Under the pieces are notes generated by a model. That model worked only from the letters and a program-made list of their open reading frames with translations. It had not been told where the DNA came from and ran no database searches. From NCBI GenBank assembly GCA_002477275.1, contig DLOU01000046.1, forward strand, positions 25,046 to 85,340: a stretch of 60,295 nucleotides of DNA, written 5' to 3'. Positions 16,608 through 25,760 of the stretch are shown here, one piece after another (position 1 is the first letter of the stretch; the number at the start of each line of letters is the position of its first letter). The translations under genes and the position numbers were made by a program. The stretch is from Bacillales bacterium UBA7476 (GTDB lineage Bacteria; Bacillota_I; Bacilli_A; RF39; UBA660).

Positions 16608-18374
16608 TTATTTTAATCTACCATAGTACATATCACTGAATATGCCTTCTTTTTCAATTAATTCATCAAACTTACCATCTTCTACAATCTTACCTTTATC
16701 TAGTACAATTATTTTATCGCAATTTTTTAATGTAGTTAATCTATGTGCAATTGCTATTATAGTTGTATTATTTTCCTTTTGTAATTTTTCTATTTCACTT
16801 TGAATATGTTTTTCTGAAGTATTATCTAATGCACTTGTTGCTTCATCTAAAATTAAAATTTTAGGTTTTCTTAAGAAGATACGAGCAATAGCTATTCTTT
16901 GTCTTTGTCCACCAGATAAGTTATTACCACCTTCAGATATTTGTGTATTAAATTTATCTGGAAGACTATCTATATAATCTAATATATATGCTTTTTTTGC
17001 GGCTTCTTCTACCTCTTCTATTGTTACATCTCTATTTATTCCATAAGTAATATTTTCATATATTGTTCCAGCTATTAAAAATGGACTTTGTGGAACTAGT
17101 GCAATGATATTAGATATGTCTTTTCTATTTAAATTATTTATATTTGTATCATCTAAAATAATTGTTCCGTCAGCTTTTTCTAGTTTGCAGATTGATTTTA
17201 TTAAAGAAGATTTACCGCATCCTGATGGACCAGCTATACCGAGATACATACCTTTTTCTATATCTATACTAAAGTTTTTAAGTATTATTTTATCTTCATC
17301 TTCTGAATAATTAAAATTTAAATTTTTAATATTAATTATTTCATCTGTTATTTCATTATTCATTTCTCTTTTTGTTTCTAAATATGAAAAATCGTTTGGT
17401 ATTTCTACCATCTCAAAGAAGTCTCCTGCAAGTACTTTGCATTCTGATACTTCGTCAAATATTCTGTGCAACTCTTCTAATGGTTTTATTAATTGGTTAA
17501 AACATAAATATGATGTTAAAACTGCTCCTACAGAAATGACCCCTTTTGTTGCTAAGTAAGTTGATAAGCCTATTATTAAAACTGAGAATACTGCTTGATT
17601 TATAAATTTTAAACAATCATATTTAGCCATTGCTTTGTGGTGTTTCATTTCTTTACTTCTTAAAAATTCTGATTTATTATCAAATCTTTCTATTTCGAAA
17701 TCTACACTATCGCATATTCTTATTACTTCAATACCATTTATTAATTCAACAATAGTTCCATCCATACCAGATTTACTTTCTAATAATTCAACACGTATTC
17801 CTCTTTGACTATTTATTTGAGCTAATACAATTATTATTCCAATTGGTATTACTAATAGCATTGGTAAAGCTAATGTTATAGGTAGTGTTATAAATATTGT
17901 TACTATTGCAGCAACACTATTAAATATAGCAGGAGCAAAGTCCATAAAAAGAAGTTTTTCAAGTTTTATTGTTCCATCTAAACATCTATTTAATCTTCCA
18001 TGTATATTTCCAGTCATATTTTTTCTAAAATATGATAATGGAGCCATTAATAATGATTTAATAACCATTCCTCTTGCTTTTTTCTCTGTTCTAGTTGCAA
18101 CATCTTCAACCATTACTCTTCTAGCTATCTTTATCACTTCATTTACCACATTAACTACTAAAATAAGAATTAAGAAAGGCACAACTTTTTTAAACGAAAC
18201 ACCACTAACATTTAATACATCATCAGTTAACCAACCAATTGCTTTTGGAGTTATCTGTGTTAATATAGCTGATGTTATCATTATAAAAATTATAAATATA
18301 AACTTTAATTTTTGTTTAAAATCTAATAGTTTGTATATTTTCCCTAATATTTTTTTTAAGTTTCTTTTTTTCAT
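16608..18374 (-). CDS. ABC transporter, fused permease/ATP-binding half-transporter (exporter type)
   Basis: 588 aa with an N-terminal 6-TM domain. Walker A is GPSGCGKSS, the signature is LSGGQRQR and Walker B is ILILDEATSALD. Confidence 0.85.
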   Translation of the reverse strand: MKKRNLKKILGKIYKLLDFKQKLKFIFIIFIMITSAILTQITPKAIGWLTDDVLNVSGVSFKKVVPFLILILVVNVVNEVIKIARRVMVEDVATRTEKKARGMVIKSLLMAPLSYFRKNMTGNIHGRLNRCLDGTIKLEKLLFMDFAPAIFNSVAAIVTIFITLPITLALPMLLVIPIGIIIVLAQINSQRGIRVELLESKSGMDGTIVELINGIEVIRICDSVDFEIERFDNKSEFLRSKEMKHHKAMAKYDCLKFINQAVFSVLIIGLSTYLATKGVISVGAVLTSYLCFNQLIKPLEELHRIFDEVSECKVLAGDFFEMVEIPNDFSYLETKREMNNEITDEIINIKNLNFNYSEDEDKIILKNFSIDIEKGMYLGIAGPSGCGKSSLIKSICKLEKADGTIILDDTNINNLNRKDISNIIALVPQSPFLIAGTIYENITYGINRDVTIEEVEEAAKKAYILDYIDSLPDKFNTQISEGGNNLSGGQRQRIAIARIFLRKPKILILDEATSALDNTSEKHIQSEIEKLQKENNTTIIAIAHRLTTLKNCDKIIVLDKGKIVEDGKFDELIEKEGIFSDMYYGRLK

Positions 18375-18484
18375 GGTATCACCTATTTTTAATTATATCA
18401 AAAAAAAAGAGTTTTTTTGATACTAACTTGATATTTTTTAAATTTTATAGTATAATTATGTTTTGTGTGTTAATGGAGGGGTAA

Positions 18485-19594
18485 ATGGAGAATATTAGCA
18501 AAAACTTTGAAAATATTGTTAATAGATTAAAAACTACTCTTGTTTCATGTTTAAATGAAACAGATAAGGTTTTTATTGTTCCACATAATAATATGGATTT
18601 TGATGCTTTAGCTAGTTCTATTGCAATAAGTGATACTTGTTCTTTCTATGGTATAGATAGTTGTATTGTTACAAACGATAATCCTAGTGATATGAAGCCA
18701 AGTTTTAGGGAACTTTACTTGGAATTAGAAAAAAAATATAAATTTATTGACACTGATGAATATGAAAGAAATAAAAAAGATAATAGTTTGGTTATTATTA
18801 CTGATTCTTGTGTTAAGAATTTAATTCCAATTTCAGATGTATCACTAAAAAAAGATAAAACTATAGTAATAGATCATCATATACCAGATACTAAAGTAAT
18901 AACATCTGGAAAACTATTTGTTTCTTCTGAAGCTAGTAGTGCTAGTGAGATATTATTTTATTTAATGAAGGATTTAGATATATATATAACTACTGAAACA
19001 GCACAATTATTACTTGCGGGAGTATATCTTGATACTAATGGTTTATACTTTGTAAATAATCCTTCTGGTTTTAAAACAATAGCTAAACTCTTACAATATG
19101 GAGCCAATTTACAAGATGTTCAAAACTTATTTACAATATCTAATTTTGAAGATGATATGAAACAAAAAGAATTGATTTTAAAATTATTAAAATGCACACA
19201 TTTCTATACTGATTCTAATTCTAGAAGATATGCAATTTGTTTTAATAAAAATAATTCAGATACTGTATATACTAACTATCAATTATCCGAAGCTTGTGAT
19301 TCTCTTCTTCAATATTCTTTAGATGCTGCTTTTGTAATTGGCTATGTTGATTCTGAAAAATTAGGGGAAGATCATTCAAATAAAATAGCAATTAAAGCAA
19401 GAAGTAAAATTAATGAAAATCAAGTTGATGTTTCTAGTATAATGCAATTATTTGATGGTGGTGGAGATTCTAATAGAGCTGCATCTACTATGGAGTTTAA
19501 TGATATTATTAAAATAAAAAATTGTTTAAAAAATATTATTAAAAGTACTAATAATGATAGAGAAAAGAAAGAATATCTAAAAATATTAAAATAA
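18485..19594 (+). CDS. stand-alone DHH/DHHA1 phosphoesterase
   Basis: 369 aa. Motifs are HNNMDFDALAS, VIDHHIP and GGGDSNRAA in place of GGGH. Confidence 0.7.
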   Translation: MENISKNFENIVNRLKTTLVSCLNETDKVFIVPHNNMDFDALASSIAISDTCSFYGIDSCIVTNDNPSDMKPSFRELYLELEKKYKFIDTDEYERNKKDNSLVIITDSCVKNLIPISDVSLKKDKTIVIDHHIPDTKVITSGKLFVSSEASSASEILFYLMKDLDIYITTETAQLLLAGVYLDTNGLYFVNNPSGFKTIAKLLQYGANLQDVQNLFTISNFEDDMKQKELILKLLKCTHFYTDSNSRRYAICFNKNNSDTVYTNYQLSEACDSLLQYSLDAAFVIGYVDSEKLGEDHSNKIAIKARSKINENQVDVSSIMQLFDGGGDSNRAASTMEFNDIIKIKNCLKNIIKSTNNDREKKEYLKILK

Positions 19595-19653
19595 AAAACT
19601 AGTCTATTTTTAAGTTATCTTCATTTAAGATATACTTAAGAAAACTAGTTTTT
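19594..19653. terminator. long imperfect hairpin between convergent genes (A-run on one side, T-run on the other)
   Basis: The outer stem is AAAAACTAGT/ACTAGTTTTT and the inner stem is TTAAGTTATCTT/AAGATATACTTAA. Confidence 0.6.
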
Positions 19654-19995
19654 TTATTTAAAGTATGACTCATCTATTAAAGGAATTATATCTATTGCTG
19701 GTTCTTCATAAGGATGAGTTTTTCTTAATTCACAAATAACACTTTTTACTTTGTCTATATCACATACAAATTCTAATTTTTCTTCTTCAACAAACTCCAA
19801 TTTATTTTTCTCTCCTATGTATGGATTAGCTGTATCACTTGGTATAAATGTCCCCATAGAATTAGTGGATGTAGTACAAAATGTGTATTCTCCAATAATA
19901 CCAGCTCCTGCATTGCAAACAGCATTTCTCACTTCATCTACATTTTCTCTTGGGATTGTAACAAATATTTTTACTTTATTAATATTAAAGTCCAT
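19654..19995 (-). CDS. small PII-like / Nif3-insert-domain-like protein (COG3323-like)
   Basis: 113 aa. The pattern KIFVTIPRENVDEVRNAVCNAGAG..G.Y..C...HPYEEPA resembles the ferredoxin-like insert of YqfO/Nif3 proteins. The call is from memory only. Confidence 0.45.
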   Translation of the reverse strand: MDFNINKVKIFVTIPRENVDEVRNAVCNAGAGIIGEYTFCTTSTNSMGTFIPSDTANPYIGEKNKLEFVEEEKLEFVCDIDKVKSVICELRKTHPYEEPAIDIIPLIDESYFK

Positions 19996-20254
19996 AATTT
20001 ATCTCCTTTTTAATTACTTAATTTAGTTCATATATATAGAATACTTTTTATTAACTAATCCAATAATGATATTGGGATTAATAACTCATTTGTAACTGTT
20101 GACATTTTTACTTCTTCTTTATATTAATTATTATAACATCTTAAAAAAATAATGTTTTAGTGTAGGTTATTACTTCAACTAAGGACATGATACCATGGTT
20201 AAAAAAAGAACAAAGATACTTGAAGATATTTAAATAATATTTAAAAATTAGTAT

Positions 20255-20884
20255 TTATCCTAATCTCATTTTTGGTTTTGTATCAACTTTAAAAAAAGGG
20301 ATTTCTTGATTATTCAAAAATACATTTATATTTGTAATCTTATACCAGCCATTATTTTCATCATAAAAAACAAAACTTATCTCATCAGTTTCATGAACAT
20401 TTTCAGGCCCTACTGTTAATAAGCCACCAAAAAAATATTTCTTTTCGCCATTTTCAGGTTGAAAATCTCGTTGAAGTGTTTGTATTGTTCTTAAATCTTG
20501 ATTTGAAAAAAATCTACAAGTTCCACCAATATATGGATGAGTATGAATATGTGCAATACAATTATATTTATTATCCTCAATTTTACTCATTAATTCTTTA
20601 TGCATCAAAAGTTCATTACCATTTTTATCAATATTTACTTCAAATTCTCTAAAACTTGGTTCGTAATCATCATATTTGCTAGGCATATCAAAATATATTA
20701 CATTTGGTTTTATTTCTTTACCATATAAAAATGTTCCATATTCTAATTCTTTAGTACCACTAAATGCACATAAATTAATATCTGCTGAAAGTCTTCTATA
20801 ACATTCTTCAGAGAGTATTATTCTACTATTAGGTAATTCATTAAATTCAAAATGATTGGTAGCTCCTGCTAAGACATTTGCCAT
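20255..20884 (-). CDS. JAB/MPN (JAMM-like) metalloprotease-domain protein, orphan
   Basis: 209 aa. It has ELEYGTFLYG (E..G.L.G) and AHIHTHPYIGGTCRFFSNQD, which is HxH...SxxD with a 10-residue spacer instead of the usual 7. Confidence 0.55.
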   Translation of the reverse strand: MANVLAGATNHFEFNELPNSRIILSEECYRRLSADINLCAFSGTKELEYGTFLYGKEIKPNVIYFDMPSKYDDYEPSFREFEVNIDKNGNELLMHKELMSKIEDNKYNCIAHIHTHPYIGGTCRFFSNQDLRTIQTLQRDFQPENGEKKYFFGGLLTVGPENVHETDEISFVFYDENNGWYKITNINVFLNNQEIPFFKVDTKPKMRLG

Positions 20885-21043
20885 ATTATCACATCTCCTT
20901 TGATATATATAGTATTATTGTTACTATAGATATTTAATTTTTTAGAAACAAAATGGAAACATTGTTTTTATTCATTTACTAATAAAATGTTATCACTTAT
21001 TTATACATTTATCAGTGCTAAAAATATTATTATCCAAATATTT

Positions 21044-21702
21044 TTAGGAAATTACTTTCCCATCTAAATTACATATATAACAGTTTGGCAATAGTTTTTT
21101 TATTTCATTTAATATTTCTTTATTATTTTCATAGTCTCTACCAACTAATATACCTTCTATAAAATTTGCAGTAATTCCAAACAAAATAGCGCTTTCTCTA
21201 TCAGTAAAGAAATCATCTTTTTCTTTTCTCTCAGTTATAAATCTATCATAATAATTTTCATTAACAAATTCTTTAACATCTTTATCATTAATAATTAAAG
21301 GATTTAGTATATCACCTTTTAAAAGAGCTTTTGTATACTTATTTGTTCCATTAAAAATAATTCCAATTTGAACTTGATTTTGAACTAAACTAGGCATAAA
21401 TCTTGCTTCTTTTGTCTGTTCCATATTCCAACACTACTAGGATACTTTGATAATCTTCCATCTATAAACCAACTGGATATCAAACCATCTTTTAATATTT
21501 CCTTTAAACCTTCAATATTTTTATAAATTCCATGTAATAAAGTTCCTTTATCTAGCTTTACTTCATCACCAATCTTATATTTATTATTTATAACTTGATA
21601 TTCTTTTGCAAAGTAATATCTATCTATTTGTTCTAACATTATCTTTTTAGAACAATCACTTAATTTATCATTAATTTTTTTTACATAATCGGATTTGTTC
21701 AT
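21044..21702 (-). pseudogene. two ORFs overlapping by 40 nt (105 aa + 126 aa): either a frameshifted single gene or a coupled pair; function unknown
   Basis: ORF 21385..21702 runs into ORF 21044..21424 in another frame. The second ATG has only a weak RBS. Confidence 0.35.
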
Positions 21703-21895
21703 CTATATCATCACCCTAAAATAATTATATCACGAATAACATTTGCTCTCACAAAAAAAGTTCTTTTCAGAACTTTTAAATATGTTTCCATTTAGAATTA
21801 TCTTATTTTATAAGGTTTTCCAGTCATTTTGGAAACATTTTGGCTTTTTTTACAATTTTTTGAATTTTTCAAATCCTCGCAAACCCTTGTATTTC

Positions 21896-21952
21896 TTACT
21901 TTTTACCACAATATTGTTTATATTTCTTACCACTTCCACATAGAGAAAACAT
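21896..21952 (-). repeat. SEC-C motif remnant D (decayed copy of the secA 3' end)
   Basis: The minus strand encodes (M)FSLCGSGKKYKQYCGKK-stop with an in-frame TAA a few codons upstream. The DNA core TGTGGAAGTGGTAAGAAATATAAACAAT matches the secA 3' end. Confidence 0.75.
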
Positions 21953-21997
21953 ATGGGGTTTTTGAGCACATTTGACAGCATTTTATGGCGTATAAAT

Positions 21998-22032
21998 GCA
22001 CTTTTTTGCACTTTATGGCACTCCTAAGCACT
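21998..22032. repeat. four GCACT words phased at exactly 10 nt
   Basis: The sequence reads GCACTTTTTT GCACTTTATG GCACTCCTAA GCACTCAAG. Confidence 0.7.
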
Positions 22033-22049
22033 CAAGAATTTACTTGGAA

Positions 22050-22072
22050 GGTATCTAAAAAGGTATCTAAAA
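22050..22072. repeat. tandem GGTATCTAAAA x2 (12-nt period); a third copy lies at 23576-23585
   Basis: Two copies sit about 45 nt downstream of the MFS pseudogene stop, and one copy sits about 270 nt upstream of its start. Confidence 0.7.
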
Positions 22073-22116
22073 TACTCTTTTAATACTTTTTCGAAATTAT
22101 TTAGCAGGTATCACTT

Positions 22117-23306
22117 TTAAATTTTATTATTCTTTAACTTCCATCGTCTTATTATTAAAGCACTTATACCAAGTATTATAGGAAAACCTATTCCTGAAAG
22201 TATTCCAATTTGTAAATTGTTCCCATTCATCTGAGATACACTTCCTACTATTACAGGGCCGACTGATCCACCTAAATCGCCAGCTAAAGCTAAAAATGCA
22301 AACATTATTGTTCCTCCTTTTGGAAGAATAGATGAAGAAATACTAATAGAACCAGGCCACATAATTCCAACAGAAAAGCCACATAACATACAGCCTATTA
22401 AACCTAAAATTGGAATATTAGTTATTCCTGCTAAAAGATAGCAACAAAAACACACAAATCCAGAAAATACCATAAATACAGTCAAGTCAATTTTGTTGGC
22501 AAATTTCACATATAAAACTCTGCTAAGACCCATAAAAAATGCAAATCCACAAGGTCCTGCTAAATCTCCTATAGTTTTTGAAATATTAAGAGCTGATTCT
22601 GCAAAAGCAGAAGACCATTGTGCAATTACAGCCTCAGATGATCCTGCACAAACCATTAAAATAATTAACATCCAAAAAATATTCGTCTTAAAAAGTTCTT
22701 TGATTGTCATGCCTTTTCCATCTTCTACAATAGGTTCAATAGGACAGGTTGCAAAATTATATATATTATATAACGGAATTAATGCCCATATACAAGACAA
22801 AATACGCCAATGTTCTAGCCCAAATGTTGTAAAGAATAATGTTGAAATTAATATAACTCCCACAGCTCCCCAACAATAAAACGAGTGTATAAACTCATCA
22901 TTCCCTCTTTATTTTCAAAAGGACAAGATTCAACAATTGGACTGCATAGAACTTCAATAAGTCCACTTCCAACAGCATAAACTATTGTACAAATAATAAT
23001 TCCAATAAATGGATATGGCAAAATATTAGGCAAAAATGCAAGGCCTATAAGTCCAATAGCAGAGGTTATCTCAGATAATATAATGCTTATTCTATACCCT
23101 ATTTTATCTACAAATTTTGTACAAGCAAAATCTATTAATATTTGTGTAACATAAAAACAAGTTGGTATAAGTGCAAGCTCACCAAATGATATATTATATG
23201 TTTTATAAAATGTGATAAATAATAGAGGTGCAAAATTTGCCGAAATCGCTTGTGTAATAAATCCTAAATAACATGCTAATAATGTTTTTTTATATTTATT
23301 TTTCAT
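22117..23306 (-). pseudogene. MFS-type transporter disrupted by a 1-nt frameshift near 22893-22900
   Basis: ORF 22848..23306 ends ...KEGMMSLYTRFIVGELWELY-stop. A different frame reads EFIHSFYCWGAVGVILISTLFF and continues seamlessly into ORF 22117..22863, which the track starts at a GTG. Confidence 0.7.
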
Positions 23307-23449
23307 ATCTATCTCACTTTCTATTTTTGCTGCATAACTTGTTTCTAAAATAATATTATATCACTTTTTTGCATATATTTTATAAACTTGTTAATAATAA
23401 TTGTTTCAAGAATGAAATATCAAATCTATTTTTAAAATATTGTTTACAC

Positions 23450-23462
23450 TGTCAATTTGACA
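23450..23462. promoter_or_regulatory. 13-bp palindrome TGTCAA-T-TTGACA upstream of the MFS pseudogene (candidate operator)
   Basis: Perfect inverted hexamers lie about 145 nt upstream of the ATG at 23306. Confidence 0.3.
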
Positions 23463-23639
23463 ATGGACACAATTCTATATTCATTTAAGCTAAAATTCTT
23501 CAAAATTCCTTATAAATAAAGGAAATATGGCATTTTAAGTTCTTGCTAAAAAATTGCGAATTTACTCTTAAAAAGGGTATCTAAAGCATATTCCGAAGTT
23601 CTCGTAGCATGAAAAAAGCCCGTAATTACTAGGCTTATA

Positions 23640-23792
23640 CTACTTTCCATGACATTGTTTATATTTTTTACCACTGCCACATGCGGCGCCATTTAGTATA
23701 TTATCCATACTTATATTATTATGCGTATTTCCTTTATTTGCAAAGGTTTGTGGACAGGTAACTTTTTGTATTTTAAGTACTATTTTTGTCAT
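23640..23792 (-). CDS. 50-aa ORF ending in a SEC-C-like tail (SEC-C remnant C); coding status doubtful
   Basis: The minus strand encodes MTKIVLKIQKVTCPQTFANKGNTHNNISMDNILNGAACGSGKKYKQCHGK-stop. No convincing RBS is present. The last ~45 nt match the secA 3' end. Confidence 0.3.
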   Translation of the reverse strand: MTKIVLKIQKVTCPQTFANKGNTHNNISMDNILNGAACGSGKKYKQCHGK

Positions 23793-23817
23793 TTTTTATA
23801 TAAAATATTCGTCTAAT

Positions 23818-23839
23818 GTGCACAAAAAGTGCACAAATA
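23818..23839. repeat. tandem GTGCACAAA(A/T)A x2 (11-nt period)
   Basis: The sequence reads GTGCACAAAAA GTGCACAAATA, and each unit contains the palindrome GTGCAC. Confidence 0.7.
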
Positions 23840-23971
23840 CTAGCATATCCTATATTTTCTTTGTCACTATTATTATACATAATATAAGAATATTAATCAA
23901 TTAATCATTTATCGTAATATCTTAATCTTTAGATATATTTCTTTTTTTAGAAAATTTTACGTATCATAATC

Positions 23972-24005
23972 ATAAAAAGCAAAAGGATTAAATCAATCCT
24001 TTTGC
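23972..24005 (-). terminator. rho-independent terminator of hsp20
   Basis: An 11-bp perfect stem GCAAAAGGATT/AATCCTTTTGC has a 5-nt loop and is followed by TTTTTAT on the minus strand. Confidence 0.8.
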
Positions 24006-24011
24006 AATTCA

Positions 24012-24434
24012 TTATTTGATTTCGATATACTTTTTATTTTTGATTTGTTTGTTTTCTTTTTTAGGAACTTCAATCTTTAATGTTCCATCTTCAAATTTAG
24101 CTTTGATATCTTCTTCTGTAACTTCATCTCCAACATAGAAACTACGGGATGCTTCACCATAATATCTTTCGCGTCTAATATACTTACCATGTTTATCCTT
24201 TTCATCATTTTTACTTTCTTGTTTAGCATGAATTGTTAAATACCCATCTTCTAAACTTATTTTAACATTGTCTTTATTCATTCCTGGTAAATCAATGGCA
24301 AGTTCATAGTTATTATCCTTTTCCTCAATATCTGTTCTCATCATCTTGTTGTCATTTTTTGGCATAAAGAATGAATCATCAAAGATATCATCAAACAAAT
24401 CAAAATTTCTTCTTGGTACTAACATCATATCCAT
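24012..24434 (-). CDS. small heat-shock protein, Hsp20/alpha-crystallin family
   Basis: About 140 aa. The alpha-crystallin core is TDIEEKDNNYELAIDLPGMNKDNVKISLEDGYLTIHAK...GEASRSFYVG...AKFEDGTLKIEVPK. The ATG at 24434 lies behind GGAAAGGAAG. The track starts at a TTG at 24437. Confidence 0.85.
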   Translation of the reverse strand: MDMMLVPRRNFDLFDDIFDDSFFMPKNDNKMMRTDIEEKDNNYELAIDLPGMNKDNVKISLEDGYLTIHAKQESKNDEKDKHGKYIRRERYYGEASRSFYVGDEVTEEDIKAKFEDGTLKIEVPKKENKQIKNKKYIEIK

Positions 24435-24534
24435 CAACTTCCTTTCCTAAATGTGTTGAGCCATTTGAGGTAAGCACATATCAAATATATAATTTTAATA
24501 CCATAGTGAGTATCTTTTTCTCACTACGATTATA

Positions 24535-24562
24535 ATTATACTCAAAAATTAGCACTTGTCAA
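24535..24562 (-). promoter_or_regulatory. sigma-A promoter of hsp20 (TTGACA, 16 nt, TATAAT) embedded in the CIRCE element
   Basis: On the minus strand the -35 at 24557-24562 lies in the CIRCE spacer, and the -10 is at 24535-24540. Confidence 0.6.
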
Positions 24563-24575
24563 TACAAAGTGCTAA
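24549..24575. promoter_or_regulatory. CIRCE operator (HrcA binding site)
   Basis: TTAGCACTT-N9-AAGTGCTAA compares with the consensus TTAGCACTC-N9-GAGTGCTAA, with one mismatch per arm. Confidence 0.8.
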
Positions 24576-24721
24576 TTATTATTCTTTTGGTTATAGATTT
24601 AGAAATATTTAAATCCTAATATCTTAAAATTCAAAGCAATGAAAAAGTCCAAAATCTTCATTCTAATATTACTATTTTACGATCTTAAATGGTAATATAG
24701 CCAAATATCTAAATCAAAGTA

Positions 24722-24739
24722 GCTCCAGAATGGCTCCAG
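24722..24739. repeat. tandem GCTCCAG x2 (11-nt period)
   Basis: The sequence reads GCTCCAGaatgGCTCCAG, between SEC-C remnant B and the hsp20 promoter. Confidence 0.6.
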
Positions 24740-24763
24740 CCCTTATTTTAGATATTTTTTAAT

Positions 24764-24854
24764 GAAAAGAAAAACTCGCGTTTTCCCTTATTTTATCAAG
24801 GTTTACGAGTTATTTACCATGACATTGTTTATATTTTTTGCCACTGCCACATGG
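24764..24854 (-). repeat. SEC-C motif remnant B: ~90-nt copy of the secA 3' end plus its downstream flank
   Basis: The minus strand reads TGA..GFKVPCGSGKKYKQCHGK-stop followed by AACTCG(27 nt)CGAGTT TTTC. By eye it is about 85% identical to 25817-25908. Confidence 0.8.
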
Positions 24855-24978
24855 CACTTTGAAACCTCAATTCCGATAACTTCAGGCAAGTTAAATAATA
24901 TATAAATCGTTTTAAATCATTATCAATTCTCGTTAATTCTAATTTTTTGATTTTTTTAATATTATAGTTTTTTCAATT

Positions 24979-25001
24979 AAAGTGTAGACAAATGTGTAGA
25001 T
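24979..25001. repeat. tandem AAAGTGTAGAC AAATGTGTAGAT, immediately downstream of the AlkD-like gene
   Basis: It uses the same word as the repeat at 25761-25791 upstream of that gene, in the same orientation. Confidence 0.75.
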
Positions 25002-25012
25002 TTTTTATTGTT

Positions 25013-25672
25013 TTAAATATATTTACATGCTTCTTTAATGCTTAAATCACTCATTTGATTTTTATACTTGTTTATAAAGTTTTTTACCCAATTTTGATCT
25101 GTTTTTGAATATTCTCTTAATGCCCAACCAATAGCTTTATTTATAAAAAATTCATCTGTTCCAAAATTATTTACTATTATCTTTTCCAATAATTCATAAT
25201 CTGTTTTATCTTTTAAATTCAATTGATGTTCTATTGCAGTTCTTTTAATCCAAATATTATCATTTTTTGACCATTCAAGCATTAGTTCTTTTACTCTTGA
25301 ATCACGAAGTTCCACATCACCAATTACCTTACATAAAAAATCTATTGTATCCCACCAAGATTTAGTGATGATATAATTTTTAATCTTAGTTATATCTTCA
25401 TAGGAAACATATTGTTTCATTGCAAGTAAATAATCATAAACCAAATATTGAAATTCTCTATGATTATCTTCATAGCATTTATCTAAAAATTTCCAATCTA
25501 TTTTTTTTATTTTCTTTTCAGCCTTTATAAAATAATTATATACTTCTTTTCTTTTTGGAGTTGGTAGACCATAAAAATCAAACATGTTTCTCATATATTT
25601 TGACATAGCAACAGCATTCTCTTTATCTTCTCTTGATTCAAATATTTTTTTTATTTCTAAATACTTATCCAT
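25013..25672 (-). CDS. DNA alkylation repair protein (AlkD/AlkC-like HEAT-repeat family)
   Basis: 219 aa. The pattern is ENAVAMSKYMRNMFDFYGLPTPKRKE ... WWDTIDFL ... WIKRTAIEHQL ... FINKAIGWALREYSK. Confidence 0.7.
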   Translation of the reverse strand: MDKYLEIKKIFESREDKENAVAMSKYMRNMFDFYGLPTPKRKEVYNYFIKAEKKIKKIDWKFLDKCYEDNHREFQYLVYDYLLAMKQYVSYEDITKIKNYIITKSWWDTIDFLCKVIGDVELRDSRVKELMLEWSKNDNIWIKRTAIEHQLNLKDKTDYELLEKIIVNNFGTDEFFINKAIGWALREYSKTDQNWVKNFINKYKNQMSDLSIKEACKYI

Positions 25673-25760
25673 AATGTCAACTCCTATATATTATTATATC
25701 ATACTTTTTATAATTCTAACTGTTTGTAAAACAATCTATATTCCAATTTTTCTCATCAAA

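Noticed and set aside
21743-21943. 66-aa plus-strand ORF in the intergenic region next to SEC-C remnant D
   Set aside because: It is a low-complexity Phe/Leu-rich translation that overlaps the remnant on the opposite strand. It has no RBS.
22025-22033. CIRCE half-site-like TAAGCACTC within the GCACT repeat array
   Set aside because: It has one mismatch and there is no inverted partner at N9. The GCACT phasing explains it.
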